DNA from: an uncultured Porphyromonadaceae bacterium
GTDB lineage: Bacteria > Bacteroidota > Bacteroidia > Bacteroidales > Muribaculaceae
Direction of reading: 5' to 3'
Assembly: GCA_947174305.1 (NCBI GenBank)
Contig: CAMWIH010000001.1
Span: forward strand, 23,999-87,998
DNA: 64,000 nucleotides
Shown in pieces: positions 46,583 through 55,353 of this stretch. The notes beneath the pieces were generated by a model. It saw only the letters and a list, made by a program, of their open reading frames with translations, made no database searches and had not been told where the DNA came from. Position 1 is the stretch's first letter; each line of letters starts with the position of its first letter. The position numbers and the translations under genes are program-made.

Positions 46583-48112
46583 TTAATGCTTGAAATGACG
46601 CATTCCGGTGAATAGCATCGTTATACCTTTCTCGTTAGCTTTCTTGATCGCATCTTCATCGCGGATTGAACCTCCGGGCTGAACGATTGCAGTGACACCA
46701 TATTTTGAAGCTAATTCCACAGTGTCATCGAAGGGAAGGAAACCGTCGGAAGCAAGCACGAGACCTTCTGTCAGACCGGCTGCCTTGGCCTCTTCGAGGG
46801 CGATATGGGCGGAACCCACACGGTTCATCTGCCCTGCGCCAACACCTGCGGTTGCACCGTTCTTGACAACTACGATAGCGTTAGACTTAACGTGCTTCAC
46901 AACCTTCCAACCGAAGTTGAGGTCAACAAGCTGTTCGGCTGTAGGCTTAACTTCAGTAACACACATCTCCTCTGTGATTTCCTTGCATTCAAGGTCGGCA
47001 TCCTGGACGAGCAGACCGCCGGTTACGCCTACATATTGTTTTTGTTTCTTATCGGATTTCTCCATATTCACTTCAAGAAGACGGAGATTCTTTTTGCTTG
47101 CAAGAACTTCAAGAGCTTCCGGTTCAAACTTGGGAGCCATAACTATCTCAAGGAAGATAGGCTTAAGAAGCTTGGCAGTCTCTGCATCCAACGGACGGTT
47201 CATTGCGACGATACCGCCATATATTGAAACCTTGTCGGCTTCGTAGGTCTTTTCCCAAGCCTCCTTGATAGTCTCGCCTATTGCCGCGCCACAAGGATTC
47301 ATGTGTTTAAGGCCGAGACAGAAGGGTGAGTCAAATTCGCGCACAAGCTGGAGCGCCGCGTTTGCATCCTGGATGTTATTGTATGAAAGCTCTTTGCCAC
47401 CGAGCTGTTTTGCGTAGGCCACCGAGAAAGGAACCTCCTCCTCTGCACGGTAGAACATAGCTTCCTGATGAGGATTCTCACCATAACGAAGGCTCTGAAC
47501 GGCATCGAAGGCAAGGAAAAGTTTCTCATCAAGGCCGGCCTGCTTGCGCATGTATGTGGCGATGTGGCTGTCATATTCTGCGGTGTGGGTGTAAGCCTTT
47601 GCAGAAAGCTTGAAGCGGGTTTCATATTCAGTGTGACCGTTGGCGCGTAATTCAGCAAGTACCTTCTCGTAATCATCAGGATCGCACACCACTGTCACGT
47701 CGCGGAAGTTCTTGGCGGCAGAGCGGAGCATCGAGGGGCCGCCTATATCGATATTTTCAACTGCATCTTCGAGTGTCACACCCTCTTTTGCAATTGTTGC
47801 TTCAAACGGATAAAGGTTGACGCAAACCATCTCTATTGTCTCAATGCCGTTGGCCTCAAGCTGAGCCATGTGATCGGCAAGGTCGCGACGGCCAAGGAGA
47901 CCTCCGTGAACTTTAGGATGAAGGGTCTTGACACGGCCGTCGCAGATTTCGGGGAAACCTGTAACGTCGCTGATGTTGATTACTTCGATTCCGGCCTCGC
48001 GGAGTTTGGTCATGGTGCCTCCGGTGGCGATGATATCCCACCCGAGCTCCTTGAGTGACTTGGCAAACTCTACGATGCCTCTCTTGTCGCTTACGCTGAT
48101 TAATGCTCTCAT
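46583..48112 (-). CDS. purH: Bifunctional AICAR transformylase / IMP cyclohydrolase
   Basis: RALISVSDK, GRVKTLHP, IDIGGPSMLRSAAKN, LRYGENPHQ, KHMNPCG, VKSNAI and GMRHFKH. Confidence 0.97.
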   Translation of the reverse strand: MRALISVSDKRGIVEFAKSLKELGWDIIATGGTMTKLREAGIEVINISDVTGFPEICDGRVKTLHPKVHGGLLGRRDLADHMAQLEANGIETIEMVCVNLYPFEATIAKEGVTLEDAVENIDIGGPSMLRSAAKNFRDVTVVCDPDDYEKVLAELRANGHTEYETRFKLSAKAYTHTAEYDSHIATYMRKQAGLDEKLFLAFDAVQSLRYGENPHQEAMFYRAEEEVPFSVAYAKQLGGKELSYNNIQDANAALQLVREFDSPFCLGLKHMNPCGAAIGETIKEAWEKTYEADKVSIYGGIVAMNRPLDAETAKLLKPIFLEIVMAPKFEPEALEVLASKKNLRLLEVNMEKSDKKQKQYVGVTGGLLVQDADLECKEITEEMCVTEVKPTAEQLVDLNFGWKVVKHVKSNAIVVVKNGATAGVGAGQMNRVGSAHIALEEAKAAGLTEGLVLASDGFLPFDDTVELASKYGVTAIVQPGGSIRDEDAIKKANEKGITMLFTGMRHFKH

Positions 48113-48120
48113 ATTTGTAT

Positions 48121-48240
48121 TATTCTTGTTTTATCAAGTTGAATCATGCTTCATCATGTTGTGTCATGAATAATCATGTTGCATCAAGATTCATCAAGTT
48201 GCATCATGATTGGTCATGTTCAATCATGAGAAATCATGAT
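48121..48240. repeat. Twelve in-register 10-bp units (core ATCATG/ATCAAG)
   Basis: A TC(A/T)(A/T)G core recurs at exactly 10-bp spacing across 48123-48238 and fills the purM-purH intergenic region. Confidence 0.9.
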
Positions 48241-49272
48241 TTATTTTATTGTTACGCCTCCTTTTTCAGACTCCACAATTTTTCCGATCACTGATGCCTT
48301 CTCCCCTTTCTCGGTGAGGATTTCAAGCACGCGGGGTGCGTCTTCAGGTTTGACTGCAAGCACCATTCCGATTCCCATATTGAAGATGTTGAACATCTCG
48401 CGGTGAGGAATCTTGCCATATTTCTCCAACAGACGGAACACAGGAAGAATCTCCCAGCTTCCTTCCTCTATTTCAACTCCCTGACCCTCTTTGAGTATGC
48501 GGGGGATGTTCTCGTCAAAGCCGCCACCTGTGATGTGGGCCACGCCGTGAACATCCACCTCCTTAAGAACGTCAAGGACTTGTTTCACATATATCTTTGT
48601 GGGAGTGAGGAGCATTTCGCCTAAGGTCTGATCACCGGTCTCCTCATATTTCTGGTCATATTCAAGGTCGGCATCGCTGATAACTTTTCTCACAAGTGAG
48701 AAGCCGTTGGAGTGAACACCCGAGGAGGCGATTCCTATAAGGAGGTCGCCGGCCGATACTTTCGAACCATCAATTAGTTTTGATTTCTCAACCACTCCGA
48801 CTGTGAAGCCGGCTATGTCATATTCACCTACCGTGTACATACCAGGCATCTCAGCTGTCTCACCCCCCACGAGGGCACATCCTGCCTGCCGGCAACCTTC
48901 GGCAACACCTGATACGATGGCTTCAACCACTTCCGGATGGTTCTTGCCTACGGCTACGTAGTCGAGGAATAACAACGGTTCGGCACCTTGTGCAAGCACA
49001 TCGTTTACACACATTGCTACAGCGTCAATACCTATAGTGTCGTGCTTTTCGAGTGCGAAAGCAATCTTAAGTTTGGTGCCGACACCATCTGTGCCGCTCA
49101 CCAATACCGGATGCTCGTATCCAAGGCTTCCGAGGTCGAACATTCCTCCGAAAGAGCCTATGTTGCCCATGCTTCCGGAGCGTTCAGTGCTCTTTACATG
49201 TTTCTTGATGCGGCTTACCACCTCATATCCGGCTTCAAGGTTCACACCGGATGCTTCATAACTTTTTGCCAT
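48241..49272 (-). CDS. purM: Phosphoribosylformylglycinamidine cyclo-ligase (AIR synthase)
   Basis: [45 protein letters not shown] and FNMGIGM. Confidence 0.96.
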   Translation of the reverse strand: MAKSYEASGVNLEAGYEVVSRIKKHVKSTERSGSMGNIGSFGGMFDLGSLGYEHPVLVSGTDGVGTKLKIAFALEKHDTIGIDAVAMCVNDVLAQGAEPLLFLDYVAVGKNHPEVVEAIVSGVAEGCRQAGCALVGGETAEMPGMYTVGEYDIAGFTVGVVEKSKLIDGSKVSAGDLLIGIASSGVHSNGFSLVRKVISDADLEYDQKYEETGDQTLGEMLLTPTKIYVKQVLDVLKEVDVHGVAHITGGGFDENIPRILKEGQGVEIEEGSWEILPVFRLLEKYGKIPHREMFNIFNMGIGMVLAVKPEDAPRVLEILTEKGEKASVIGKIVESEKGGVTIK

Positions 49273-49281
49273 TGTATTGTG

Positions 49282-52200
49282 TTATTGCTGTTTTCTGAAA
49301 TAATTCATTGCATTCAGGAATAAGTTTTGGTTCTTATTTCCTTCGATATTCTTCATCAGTCCTTCGTGGAAACGTTCTGAATGAGCCATCTTGCCTAAGA
49401 TGCGTCCATCGGGCGATATGATACCTTCAATTGCATCGGTCGATCCGTTGGGGTTGGCCGGTGAGGTCATGGTGGCGTTTCCGGCTGCGTCGGCATACTG
49501 GAATGCAATCTGACCATTGTCGAAAAGACTCTTGGCAAGTTCGGCAGAGGCCGTAAACTTACCCTCTCCGTGAGAGGCGGCGACGCTGTGAAGCTCTCCG
49601 AGTTTGAACCCGGCAAGCCAAGGTGATGCAACAGATGCCACGCGTGTTGTCACTATCTGCGAGATGTGACGGTTGATATCGTTGTGGAAGAGTGTTGGAG
49701 AATCGGCATTCAAATCCCCGATCTTTCCGTAAGGCAACAACCCTGATTTCACGAGAGCCTGGAAGCCGTTGCAGATTCCGAGAATCAAGCCTCCGCGGGC
49801 CATAAGTCGCTCGATTGCGCCCTTCACGGTTTCATTCATGATCACGTTAGCGATGAACTTACCGCTGCCATCGGGTTCGTCACCGGCTGAGAAGCCGCCG
49901 CTGAATGCAAGTATCTCGCAATTGTCGATATGCTCAGCCATCTCTTTCACGGAAGCTTCGATATCCTCTGCCGTGAGGTTGCGGAACACGCTGCTGCTCA
50001 CTTTCGCCCCCTCTTTCTCGAATGCTTTCCACATATCGTAATCGCAGTTAGTGCCGGGGAAAACCGGGAGATATACACGTGGATGCTCAATTGGCTCTCC
50101 GGGCCATACAGTAGTGTTGGGGCCCGAGGTAGCGTTTGGAACCTCTCCCTTCACTCCGCTTCTATCGGGATAGACCTGTGTGAATCGGGCTGTGTTGGCC
50201 TCGCGTGCCTCATCAATGGTTATCTTTTCACCATTGACAACCAGTTCCGGTTTATCAATGGTCTTACCCAAGAGAATAGCCCCGGGAATATCGAGTTCCC
50301 CTTCTGTCTCCACAACGATTGAACCGTTGCCGGAGGCGAAGAGTTCTTTCTCGTCGATGTTGATTTCAGCTCCGACTTCATTACCGAAGCTCATCTTAGC
50401 CACAGCCTCTCCTACTCCTCCGAAGTCAACAGCGTAGGCCGATACAATCTTGCCGTTATGGATATTCTCAGTCACGGCGGAGAAGAGTGCTTTGAGTGCT
50501 TCTGTGTCGGGAGTAAGGTCTGCGTTCGGGGTATGTTTTACAAGATATATGTTATCACCGGCTTTCTTAAATTCTGGTGAGATAACCTTACGAGCGTCAA
50601 CAGGTGCAACCCCGAAAGCTATCAAAGTTGGAGGCACGGAAATCTTGTCGAAGGTGCCGCTCATGGAGTCCTTTCCGCCTATTGAAGCAAGACCGAAATC
50701 GAGTTGCATCTTAAGTGTGCCCAAGAGGGCCGCGAGAGGCTTGCCCCAGGAAAGCTCGTTGTGCATGCGTTCGAAATATTCCTGATATGAGAAACGCATC
50801 TTGGGGTATTCCGCACCGGCGGCCACTGCTTTTGCAATTGCGCTGATAACTGCATATTGTGAACCATGGAAGGGGCTCCAGCTGCTCAGGTAGGGATTGA
50901 AGCCGTAGGCCATCATTGAGGCGGTGTTGGTGAAATGATTCCCTACGGGGAGTTTCTGCACACTCACCTGTGTCTCCGTGCCCTGAGTGCGTCCGCCGAA
51001 AGGCATAAGCACTGTCGATGCACCTATTGAGGAGTCGAACATCTCGATAAGTCCTTTCTGAGAAGTCACGTTGTCGTCGGCAAGGTTGCTGAGGAAACGC
51101 TCACGGAGAGTGCTTCCCTCCGGAATGCGGTTGAACGCATCCTTCGGTTCTATGGCACCTATCTTTACCTTGGCGTAATGGCGCGCACCGGCTGAATCAA
51201 TGAATTCACGGCTTAGGTCGGCCACTACCTCTCCATTATAATACATTCTCATGCGTCCGCTGTCGGTCACATCTGCAACGTGACGGATTTCAAGGTTCTC
51301 CTCAGCGCAGTAACGCTCGAATTCCTCTTTATCTTTTGCCTCTACCACCACCGACATACGTTCCTGAGATTCGGAGATGGCGAGCTCGGTGGCGTTGAGT
51401 CCGCTATATTTGGTTGTAACACGGTCAAGATAGATGTCGAGACCGTCGGTTAGCTCACCGATTGCCACGCTGACACCTCCCGCACCGAAGTCGTTTGATT
51501 TCTTGATTAGTCGAGTAACTTCCGGGCGACGGAAAAGACGTGCAATCTTGCGCTCTTCGGGTGCGTTACCCTTCTGCACCTCACTGCCACATTCCTCGAG
51601 TGAGCTGGTGTTATGCTCTTTTGAAGAACCGGTGGCTCCGCCTATGCCGTCGCGTCCGGTGCGTCCACCGAACATAAGGATTACATCTCCGGCTTCGGGA
51701 CGCTCGCGACGCACGTCGGATGCCTTCACCGCTCCGACAACTGCACCTACCTCAAGACGTTTTGCAACATATCCGGGATGGTAAATCTCGCGCACATGGG
51801 TTGTTGCAAGTCCTATCTGGTTGCCGTAGCTGGAATATCCTGCGGCTGCGCGGAGTGAAATCACGCGCTGAGGTAGCTTACCTTCCATTGTCTCGCTGAT
51901 GGGTAGATATATGTCGCCGGCACCGGTGACGCGCATAGCCTGATATACGTAGCTTCGTCCGCTCAACGGGTCGCGGATGGCACCGCCAAGACAGGTTGAA
52001 GCGCCACCGAAAGGTTCTATCTCGGTTGGATGGTTATGGGTCTCGTTCTTGAATTGCAAAAGCCAGCGTTCGGTCTCGCCGTCAACATCGACATCCACAA
52101 AGATTGAGCAGGCATTGTTTTCCTCGCTCTGTTCAAGGTCGTTGAGCAGGCCCTCCTTGCGGAGGTAGCGCGCACCGATTGTGGCGAGATCCATAAGGCA

Positions 52201-52989
52201 AAGGCTCTTGTTCTCGCGTCCTAACGCACGGCGAATCTCCTTCCATTGCTCCACGCTCTCTTTGAGCGTCTCGGCCATAGGTGAATCCTCAACCTCGATG
52301 TCGGTAAGCTCTGTGGTGAAGGTAGTGTGACGGCAATGGTCGCTCCAATATGTGTCGAGGATGCGGAGCTCAGTCTCATTGGGATCGCGACCCTCTGCAG
52401 TGAAATATTTCACAACCTCCATCAGGTCGTCGCCATTCATTGCCAATCCTTTCTCCTTGCAGTATGCTGCGGCATCTTCAGCCTTTATGTTGCGGAAACC
52501 GTCGAGACGTTCCACCGGTTTGGCGTGTGCGCGTTCCGGACGTGCAAGAACGTCGAGGTTCTTTTCCCTCGACTCAACGGCATTTATGGTATATTTGGCA
52601 ATCTTTTTCAGTTCCTCCTCCCCTACGGTGTCATCAAAAATCATCATTGTGGCACTGCTGATCTCCACATCAGCATCGGGCTGAAGGAGATTGACGCATT
52701 CGCGTGCAGAGGCGGCCCGCTGGTCGAACTGACCGGGCAGGCATTCGATTGCAAGGAAAGGACGGCCGTCGGTTTCCACGCTGTCGGTCACGTTGTCGGT
52801 GGCAGGTTCGCCAAACACACGGTAGCGGCTTTTCTCAATCAGTTCGGGGGTGAAGCCGAACAGGTCATATACGCAGAGGAAGCGCAGATCTTTTATGTCG
52901 AGACCCAGGTTGGAATTGAGTTCCTTGCGGAGGCTCTCCGCCTCGATGCGGTATGGGTCGCGTTTTTCAACAAAAATGCGGTGATTCAT
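49282..52989 (-). CDS. purL: Phosphoribosylformylglycinamidine synthase (large single-chain form)
   Basis: 1235 aa; YWSDHCRH, KNETHNHPT, DFGAGG, SESQERM and GGKDSMS; glutaminase FPGTNC, LGICNGFQ and HSER. Confidence 0.95.
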   Translation of the reverse strand: MNHRIFVEKRDPYRIEAESLRKELNSNLGLDIKDLRFLCVYDLFGFTPELIEKSRYRVFGEPATDNVTDSVETDGRPFLAIECLPGQFDQRAASARECVNLLQPDADVEISSATMMIFDDTVGEEELKKIAKYTINAVESREKNLDVLARPERAHAKPVERLDGFRNIKAEDAAAYCKEKGLAMNGDDLMEVVKYFTAEGRDPNETELRILDTYWSDHCRHTTFTTELTDIEVEDSPMAETLKESVEQWKEIRRALGRENKSLCLMDLATIGARYLRKEGLLNDLEQSEENNACSIFVDVDVDGETERWLLQFKNETHNHPTEIEPFGGASTCLGGAIRDPLSGRSYVYQAMRVTGAGDIYLPISETMEGKLPQRVISLRAAAGYSSYGNQIGLATTHVREIYHPGYVAKRLEVGAVVGAVKASDVRRERPEAGDVILMFGGRTGRDGIGGATGSSKEHNTSSLEECGSEVQKGNAPEERKIARLFRRPEVTRLIKKSNDFGAGGVSVAIGELTDGLDIYLDRVTTKYSGLNATELAISESQERMSVVVEAKDKEEFERYCAEENLEIRHVADVTDSGRMRMYYNGEVVADLSREFIDSAGARHYAKVKIGAIEPKDAFNRIPEGSTLRERFLSNLADDNVTSQKGLIEMFDSSIGASTVLMPFGGRTQGTETQVSVQKLPVGNHFTNTASMMAYGFNPYLSSWSPFHGSQYAVISAIAKAVAAGAEYPKMRFSYQEYFERMHNELSWGKPLAALLGTLKMQLDFGLASIGGKDSMSGTFDKISVPPTLIAFGVAPVDARKVISPEFKKAGDNIYLVKHTPNADLTPDTEALKALFSAVTENIHNGKIVSAYAVDFGGVGEAVAKMSFGNEVGAEINIDEKELFASGNGSIVVETEGELDIPGAILLGKTIDKPELVVNGEKITIDEAREANTARFTQVYPDRSGVKGEVPNATSGPNTTVWPGEPIEHPRVYLPVFPGTNCDYDMWKAFEKEGAKVSSSVFRNLTAEDIEASVKEMAEHIDNCEILAFSGGFSAGDEPDGSGKFIANVIMNETVKGAIERLMARGGLILGICNGFQALVKSGLLPYGKIGDLNADSPTLFHNDINRHISQIVTTRVASVASPWLAGFKLGELHSVAASHGEGKFTASAELAKSLFDNGQIAFQYADAAGNATMTSPANPNGSTDAIEGIISPDGRILGKMAHSERFHEGLMKNIEGNKNQNLFLNAMNYFRKQQ

Positions 52990-52993
52990 CAGA

Positions 52994-53461
52994 TCAGTTA
53001 TTATTGGCTAATACATTCGCGGCCTGTTCGGCACGGAATTCATCTAATTTGTTTTTGAGGTTTTCGTCGGTTATGGCAAACATCTCGATCGCCAGGAGGG
53101 CGGCATTCTTCGAGCCGTCGATAGCCACCGTTGCCACGGGGATGCCGCTTGGCATCTGCACCATTGAGAGAAGGGAGTCAAGACCCTCTAAAGAGCGTGA
53201 TTTTACGGGAACGCCGATCACGGGAAGAGTGGTGAATGCGGCAACCACACCGGCAAGGTGAGCCGCGCCTCCGGCTGCTGCGATGATGGCGCCGAAGCCA
53301 CGGTCGCGGAGGCTTGTCACCCACACCTCAAGTTCGCGGGGTGTGCGGTGTGCGCTATAAATCTTCTGTTCATACTCTACGCCGAATTTGGCAAGTGTCT
53401 CCCCTGCGCCCTTCATCACTCCGAGGTCGCTGGCCGAGCCCATCACAATTCCTACTTTCAT
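52994..53461 (-). CDS. purE: N5-CAIR mutase / AIR carboxylase catalytic subunit
   Basis: MGSASD, SAHRTP, AGGAAHLAG, PVIGVP and QMPSGIPVATV. Confidence 0.96.
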   Translation of the reverse strand: MKVGIVMGSASDLGVMKGAGETLAKFGVEYEQKIYSAHRTPRELEVWVTSLRDRGFGAIIAAAGGAAHLAGVVAAFTTLPVIGVPVKSRSLEGLDSLLSMVQMPSGIPVATVAIDGSKNAALLAIEMFAITDENLKNKLDEFRAEQAANVLANNN

Positions 53462-53507
53462 TTTTCTACCTGAATATTATATTGCTCAATAAGCGTTATC
53501 CGTGAAT

Positions 53508-53551
53508 AAAAAATTTTGCGCGCGTCAGTCTTTTTCGCCTGACGCGCGCAA
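53508..53551 (-). terminator. Terminator/attenuator hairpin in the purE 5' leader
   Basis: 13-bp stem TTGCGCGCGTCAG / CTGACGCGCGCAA (53516-53551) followed by AATTTTTTATT on the minus strand, between the promoter and the purE ATG. Confidence 0.75.
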
Positions 53552-53560
53552 TCTATCCTT

Positions 53561-53650
53561 TTATGTTTCAGCACACTCCGCCATAATCTCCGGGTGTTTT
53601 CGTTTCCTGAAGAAAGTTAGTGCGGATATGTGACCTATATGCTGAATCAT
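53561..53650 (-). other. Candidate leader uORF / structured RNA of the purine operon
   Basis: ATG at 53650 to TAA encodes MIQHIGHISALTFFRKRKHPEIMAECAET (29 aa); the same RNA can pair UUCAGCAUAU/GUGUGCUGAA and UCCGC/GCGGA. Confidence 0.45.
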
Positions 53651-53668
53651 TTCAATCCATTTGAATTG

Positions 53669-53676
53669 CAAAATTA
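53669..53676 (-). promoter_or_regulatory. -7 promoter box for the purE operon
   Basis: TAATTTTG on the minus strand, with TTTG at 53697-53700. Confidence 0.7.
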
Positions 53677-53711
53677 CATATTTTTTTCACAATACGCAAA
53701 TTTTTCGCCAA

Positions 53712-55274
53712 CTACGCATTTTTTACTTTCCAACCGTCTATGCGTCTTTTTTCGGATGAATAGTTTATGCCTATCTCTATAACGTTGCGGTTGTCGATAG
53801 TCCAGGGGAGGGCGTATTCCTTGCGTTCTATCTGTTCAAGAGCCTCTTCAGGTGTGCCGCCATATTTCAGCTCCATTATATAGACATAATCATTAGTCCT
53901 CACGAGGATGTCTATACGGCCGTCGGAAGTCCTCACTTCGGCATCCACATTCAGTCCTATAAGGGAGAAGAGGATAAGGAAAGCGTTCTGAACGTTGCGC
54001 TCCTCATCAAACTTCATGTCGTATCCTATGCCGGCAAACATCGCCTCCAGACGTTTCATAAAGGCTTCCACACGCCCCTCCTCCATCTCTTTGCGAAAAT
54101 CCACCACAAATACTTTTGATTCTATCTCTTTCACACTGGTATAATATGGTAAAAGATATTCAAAAAATCCTTTCTTTACCTCTACATTAGGAATACCTAA
54201 AGTATAGATATCAGTGTTAAGGTCATAATCCTTGATGGTAAGGTAGCCTGTCTGGTAGAAAAGTGAAACAGGGGTTATATTCTCAATATCAAGTCCTGCC
54301 AAAGCATTCTGACTGCATCTTACATTCAGAAGTTGTGTTAAGTCAGTGTCTGTTCGTTTCAGTTGTTCAGCCAGAAGGGTCGGTGTGCCTGACGAAATCC
54401 AGTAGTTCCCATATTTTCTTTTGGCAAAGACTTGAAGCAGCGAGAATGGATTGTAAATATCAGGGCATTCTTCCGAGAAATGATAGCCGTCATAGTGTCG
54501 TTTGAGTTCCAGTTGTTCTTCCTCCGCACTACGGCTGTACCTTTGCGATAGATTCTCTATACCCTCTTTAAAATTGGCGGTCAATTCCTCTTCTGTAATA
54601 CCGCATATTGCGGAGAAATCAATGTCGAAGGAGATGTCACTAATGTTGTTAAGTCCGGAAAAGACACTGAGTTTTCCGAAACGGCTCACCCCTGTCAGGA
54701 AAACGAGCCTGATATACTCGGCAGAACTCTTGAAATTGGAGTAGATGGTTGCCAGCTTATCGCGATACATCTCAAACCGTTCGCGGTTGTGGATATTATT
54801 GACCAGTGGCTTGTCATATTCATCAACCAATATCACGACCCTTTTCCCGGTTGCTTCATACATTCCCTTTATCAGGTTGGAGAACCTGACGGAATGATCC
54901 TGCTGAGTAGGCGTGATGTCATATTCCTTCTCCTTGATGGAGAGAAAATTTTCTATCAGGATATCTAAGTTATTCTCCTCCTTGTATTGCTGGTTGTTAA
55001 GGTCAAGATGCAGAACGGGGTAAGGTTTCCAGTCCCAGTCTATTGTATCAATATAGAGACCCTTGAATAGTTCGCGCTTCCCCTCGAAGAAGCATTTCAG
55101 TGTGGAGAGGAAAAGGCTTTTTCCGAAACGGCGAGGCCGGCCCAAGAAATAGTATTGAGACCCATTCACGATTTTTTCAATGTAACGGGTCTTATCTACG
55201 TAAATAAAATTGCCTTCCCGAAGCATCTCGAAGGATTGCTGTCCAATCGGATATTTCACCATTCTTTTCTCCAT
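53712..55274 (-). CDS. AAA-ATPase-like protein with C-terminal PD-(D/E)XK nuclease domain (copy 1)
   Basis: YPIGQQSF..YVDKT, Walker A RPRRFGKS, Walker B LVDEYDKP, YDGYHF, YNPFS, and GRIDILV..IMELK nuclease motif. Confidence 0.88.
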   Translation of the reverse strand: MEKRMVKYPIGQQSFEMLREGNFIYVDKTRYIEKIVNGSQYYFLGRPRRFGKSLFLSTLKCFFEGKRELFKGLYIDTIDWDWKPYPVLHLDLNNQQYKEENNLDILIENFLSIKEKEYDITPTQQDHSVRFSNLIKGMYEATGKRVVILVDEYDKPLVNNIHNRERFEMYRDKLATIYSNFKSSAEYIRLVFLTGVSRFGKLSVFSGLNNISDISFDIDFSAICGITEEELTANFKEGIENLSQRYSRSAEEEQLELKRHYDGYHFSEECPDIYNPFSLLQVFAKRKYGNYWISSGTPTLLAEQLKRTDTDLTQLLNVRCSQNALAGLDIENITPVSLFYQTGYLTIKDYDLNTDIYTLGIPNVEVKKGFFEYLLPYYTSVKEIESKVFVVDFRKEMEEGRVEAFMKRLEAMFAGIGYDMKFDEERNVQNAFLILFSLIGLNVDAEVRTSDGRIDILVRTNDYVYIMELKYGGTPEEALEQIERKEYALPWTIDNRNVIEIGINYSSEKRRIDGWKVKNA

Positions 55275-55277
55275 ATC

Positions 55278-55320
55278 GCATCTTTTTTTGCAAAGATAAC
55301 TGATTTATCTTTAAGATGCA
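55278..55320 (-). promoter_or_regulatory. Palindromic promoter of AAA-nuclease copy 1
   Basis: TATCTTTG -7 box (55291-55298) within the nested inverted repeat GCATCTT..AAAGATAA-ctgat-TTATCTTT-AAGATGC. Confidence 0.6.
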
Positions 55321-55353
55321 ATTCGCTGGAATGAATGAACGGGAACATCACAT

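Noticed and set aside
53462-53676. Known purine, ZTP or ykkC (PRPP/ppGpp) riboswitch
   Set aside because: Only fragmentary resemblance (e.g. CAUAAAAGG, ACACC); the conserved cores and their order are not present by eye. Kept as an unknown leader instead.
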